Positions 53,082 to 56,606 of a stretch of DNA of 56,606 bases are shown in pieces. Origin of the DNA: Tubiluchus corallicola (taxonomy: Eukaryota; Animalia; Priapulida); NCBI GenBank assembly GCA_030141605.1, contig JAQGDQ010001188.1, positions 1-56,606 of the forward strand, given 5' to 3'. Each line of letters opens with the position of its first letter. The stretch's first letter is position 1. The notes beneath the pieces were generated by a model that worked only from the letters and a program-made list of their open reading frames with translations, did no database searches and was not told the DNA's origin. The translations under genes and the position numbers were made by a program.

Positions 53082-53563
53082 GAAAATTATTCATCATTAT
53101 TCATGTCATGTATCACTCATTTAGGATTTACATTGAAAATTATTCATCATCATTATTCATGTCATGATTGACTCATTTAGGATTTACAATGGAAATTATT
53201 CATCATCATTATTCATGTCATGTATCACTCATTTAGGGTTTACATTGAAAATTATTCATCATCATTATTCATGTCATGTATCACTCATTTAGGATTTACA
53301 ATGCAAATTATTCATCATCATTATTCATGTCATGTATCACTCATTTAGGATTCACATTGAAAATTATTCATCATCATTAATCATGTCATGTATCACTCAT
53401 TTAGGATTTACATTGAAAATTATTCATCATCATTATTCATGTCATGTAAACTCATTTAGGATTTACAATGGAAATTATTCATCATCATTATTCATGTCAT
53501 GTATCACTCATTTAGGATTTACAATGGAAATTATTCACTTTCAATGAAAATCCTAAATGAGTG
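53082..53563. repeat. ~56-bp minisatellite x~8 ending in a short inverted copy
   Basis: tcactcatttagga recurs every ~56 bp; 53541-53563 is the reverse complement of part of the unit. Confidence 0.9.
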
Positions 53564-53688
53564 AATGAATGAGAAGCTGAATGAGTGCTGGGTGAAGAAA
53601 ATGACAGATGAACAAAAATCTCTTGATGCACAAGAGATGACTAATGCAAAATTTCTTTTTGCATTTCTAAGTGCATTCCTTATTTCAG

Positions 53689-53817
53689 GTTGCACCGATA
53701 AAAATGAATACTGTGACTACTGGTACAGCAAGGGAGAGTGCACAAAGAATCCTGCCTACATGTTGGAAAATTGCCAAAAATCTTGCAAGGTGTGTGGTGA
53801 TGACATAGACGAAAATG
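53689..53817 (+). CDS. Duplicated ShKT exon 1' (paralogue of 41655-41783); may extend 5' to ATG 53637
   Basis: CTDKNEYCDYWYSKGECTKNPAYMLENCQKSCKVC, same 129-nt length and phase, intact AG/GT. Confidence 0.85.
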
Positions 53818-54063
53818 GTAATGAGGTTGATGTTCAATTACAGTTAAGATTATTCCAGTAATAAAAAGATTACAGTGGCGTCAAATAATAATGGAATCTG
53901 CTACCAAATTGATCCAAAACCGATCATTAATTTATCTTGGTTAAAACTCTTTTTGAACTTGACATCCTAACAGAGACTGAAGCTTACAGATATCATGCAG
54001 ATCTTTGCAGTTCTCACAGAATAGTGGAATTTGGTTTCTCAATCTCATATTTTCTTTTTTCAG

Positions 54064-54177
54064 TGTGTAAAGATGATAACGAGCATTGCCAGTATTGGGC
54101 GGACACGGACGAATGTGTGAAAAATCCTGATTACATGTTATCCTATTGTAGAAAAGCTTGCAAGATATGTACTAGTA
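54064..54177 (+). CDS. Duplicated ShKT exon 2' (identical to 43272-43385)
   Basis: Base-by-base identical exon; flanking intron also nearly identical. Confidence 0.87.
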
Positions 54178-54257
54178 GTGAGTATACAGTGCAACGCTTA
54201 GACTTTATGCGACTTAATTCAATTGAGTTTACAATTCCACACACAATTTAAATACTC

Positions 54258-54545
54258 CAATCCTAATCCTAACATAAATCATTACCATAACAGTAACACA
54301 AACCCAAAACCCTAAACCAAACGTTAACTCTAACATTAACCCTAATCCTAGCCCCAACCCTAACCGTAACCCAAACCCAAGCCTAACCTTAACCCTAATC
54401 CTAGCCACAAACCCAACACAAACCCTACCCTAACCCTAACTCGAACACAAACCCTACGTAACCCTAACCCTAACCCAAACCCAAGCCTAACCTTAACCCT
54501 AATCCTAGCACCAAACCCAACACAAACCCTACCTAACCCTAACCC
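54258..54545. repeat. Degenerate (CCCTAA)n-like tract
   Basis: Shorter version at 43467-43572 in the paralogous intron. Confidence 0.8.
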
Positions 54546-54837
54546 ACGTTATTCTAAAGCCAATGCTAGTAGATCTACCGCGGTTTGTCTTACTTTTTAT
54601 GGCAGTTCAACTTGCACTCTATAAACGTCAAAAGTTTGAAGCTCATGCTACGAACTATGAACTATGAATTTTATTCCACACATCAAAATACATTATTATA
54701 CACATAAATAAACAATAAATAAAATAATTTGAGTAGTGTGAGGTGAGTGTACGACCATACGGTCATTAACACACTCACCTTACTTAAATGAAAAAATTAA
54801 TAAAGTTATGCGTGCTTTTTTAGATGACTCAATGAAA

Positions 54838-55202
54838 AAGGAAACATTAGAAAAACATAATATGTAATTACGATTTTGATATGAATATTGAAACAATTTT
54901 GAAATAAAGTAAATGATGTAATAATAGTATGAAAACATAAGGACAACATAATATGGAATTACGATTTTGATATGAATATTGAAATAATTTTGAAATAAAG
55001 TAAATGATGTAATAATAGCAAGGAAACATAAGAAAAAAATAATATGGAATTACGATTTAGATATGAATATTGAAATAATTTTGAAATAAAGTAAATGATG
55101 TAATAATAGCAAGGAAACATAAGAAAAACATAATATGGAATTACGATTTTGATACGAATATTGAAATAATTTTGAAATAAAGTAAATGATATAATAATAG
55201 CA
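54838..55202. repeat. 91-bp tandem repeat x4
   Basis: tacgattttgatatgaatattgaaa at ~54869, 54960, 55051, 55142. Confidence 0.9.
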
Positions 55203-55333
55203 TTGAGAATATTATAGTTATTATTATTATATAATTATTAGCAATAATAATACGAAGAATCTTAATATTATAGTTAAAAAGAACGCAACTTTATTAAAAA
55301 GTTTTACATTAAAAAGTTAAAAGTTAAAATCAT

Positions 55334-55374
55334 TCCAAACGTTTCGTCTAGCTGCTGCTGTCATCATCAGTGGT
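55334..55374 (-). ncRNA. Minimal type I hammerhead ribozyme motif in a Penelope-like 3' region
   Basis: Minus strand cca-CTGATGA-tgacagcagcagctagac-GAAAC-GTT-tgg: core boxes, cca/tgg stem I, palindromic stem III, imperfect stem II. Confidence 0.65.
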
Positions 55375-55463
55375 AAATTTACAAACATACAACCAGTTTA
55401 TATAGACAGAGCCTCTTATGCACTAATTAAGTAGTTAACAGAAGCCAAATAGGTAATGAATAA

Positions 55464-55954
55464 GTTGTTGTTGTTGGCATCCTTCTGTCTCGGAAGACAA
55501 TGGAATGTGCGCCAAGAGAGTCCGATCCTTGAACGTCTTCAGGGCGCACGCCTGGGCAAGGTGTATGGAGATCCTGAGTTGCCCAGACAACAGGAACCCC
55601 CTCTCTTCCTCCCTGGTGTAGTCCAAAGGAAAGCGGAGCGATACGTTTGGCACCAGGTCGGCTGCAGGAGCTGCCGGAGTCAGTGAGCATGCTGCACTGG
55701 TCCACCTTCGGGGCTCCACTCCTGATTTGGAAGGTTTACTCCTCTACACATGGCCGTTGGGTCACTTGACCTCCTCGGCCCTCTAGCCATTGGCTGCTTG
55801 TGCAGCTCCTCCGCCTAGTGTCGAGATACAGTGTGGGCATCCCGCAAGCCTACAGCACCTGGTATTCTTAGGCGGTCACCCATCCAAGCACTAACCAGGT
55901 TCTACGTTGCTTAACTTCGGTGACCAGACGATAACAGGTGTTTTCAACGTGATT
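55464..55954 (-). mobile_element. 5S rRNA-derived SINE (SINE3-type) with (CAA)n tail and 10-bp TSD
   Basis: 5S-like head 55954-55846 (box A agttaagc, box C tggatgggtgacc, 3' ctgtaggctt), GC-rich body, (caa)4 tail, TSD taatgaataa at 55454-55463 and 55955-55964. Confidence 0.9.
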
Positions 55955-56280
55955 TAATGAATAAACAGACCTGAAGAAAAGAAATTGATATAGTAACAAA
56001 TAGCAAAGTGTTTGAAAATAAAGAAAATAAGGAATTGGACTGCTTTGTACATTAAGAGAAGGCTTATTAGGGTACATCGATAAGCTTTCTCCTATTAATA
56101 AGTCCCAGTTATTTGTAGCTCTGGTCACAATGCCGAAATTGTTAAATTTAGCTTTGTAGCCGAAGGCACAAAGGTGGTCATTAATGCTGGATTGAGGAGA
56201 ATTTTTTAATTTTTTACCACTTCTAGTCGAAATGTCCAAATGTTGACCAATTCTTACTTTATCTTTGGTTTTCGTTGCAG

Positions 56281-56403
56281 ACGAGCTAGACGCATGCGTG
56301 GACAACAATGAGAACTGCATGTACTGGGCTGGAGTTGGAGAATGTGAGAAAAATCCTGATTACATGCTGTACCAGTGTAAGCAGTCGTGCAAGGTTTGTC
56401 CAG
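56281..56403 (+). CDS. Duplicated ShKT exon 3' (paralogue of 45636-45761); gene probably continues past the window
   Basis: NELDACVDNNENCMYWAGVGECEKNPDYMLYQCKQSCKVCP; ttgcag acceptor, gtaagt donor. Confidence 0.88.
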
Positions 56404-56606
56404 GTAAGTTTGCTATGTAATTACATACTTGGCATTTTTATCATTATAGTGTCTTTAAACTGGGAACAACTTGGCTTCAAAACAGCATTTGTATAGCTGC
56501 GGAAGACCAACCCACTCACCAACCTGCTCACCAGTTAAATGGCCAACCAGTCGACCAACCGACCAACCAATCAACCTACCCACACACCTACGTTCCAAGT
56601 ATTGAC

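Larger units (their letters stand above)
55290..56260 (-). mobile_element. Penelope-like element remnant (GIY-YIG endonuclease C-terminus + 3' region), split by the SINE
   Basis: KVRIGQH...SSINDH...LLIGESL..PNKPSLNVQ matches the PLE GIY-YIG C-terminal pattern; hammerhead motif and AATAAA downstream. Confidence 0.8.

Noticed and set aside
54258-54545. True telomere or chromosome fusion site
   Set aside because: Highly degenerate, short, one orientation only, and also present in the paralogous intron.
55846-55954. Functional 5S rRNA gene
   Set aside because: 5' end missing, several substitutions, no T-run terminator, and enclosed with a body and tail by a TSD.

Overview
AT-rich, repeat-dense animal (invertebrate-like) genomic DNA with spliceosomal GT-AG introns. 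Three protein-coding units can be assembled by hand. (1) A 5-exon + strand gene (5553-21600, ~1888 aa) encodes signal peptide, LRR/LRRCT module, ~35 Ca-binding Notch-type EGF repeats (all in one 4.1-kb exon with internal 114-bp and 339-bp coding tandem arrays), Ig domain, TM helix and a Ser-rich tail with no Notch, Crumbs or TIR signalling domain. (2) A 10-exon + strand astacin (M12A) metalloprotease with four C-terminal ShKT domains (31436-46270, ~416 aa). (3) A gene with an intronless CDS on the - strand (47393-49729, 778 aa) made of three tandem copies of the same LRR module that heads gene 1, with a signal peptide and a GPI-like tail. Downstream of gene 3 lies a second, duplicated set of ShKT exons (53689-56403, probably continuing past the window) with no protease exons; its first acceptor also reads in frame as a signal peptide. 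Intergenic and intronic DNA holds many non-autonomous transposons (hAT-like, pogo/Tigger, piggyBac-like, Kolobok-like), RTE and Penelope remnants, a minimal hammerhead ribozyme, a 5S-derived SINE with a 10-bp TSD, and many minisatellites, several of which grew from transposon ends or a stop-codon region. All calls come from manual reading; no database searches were run.
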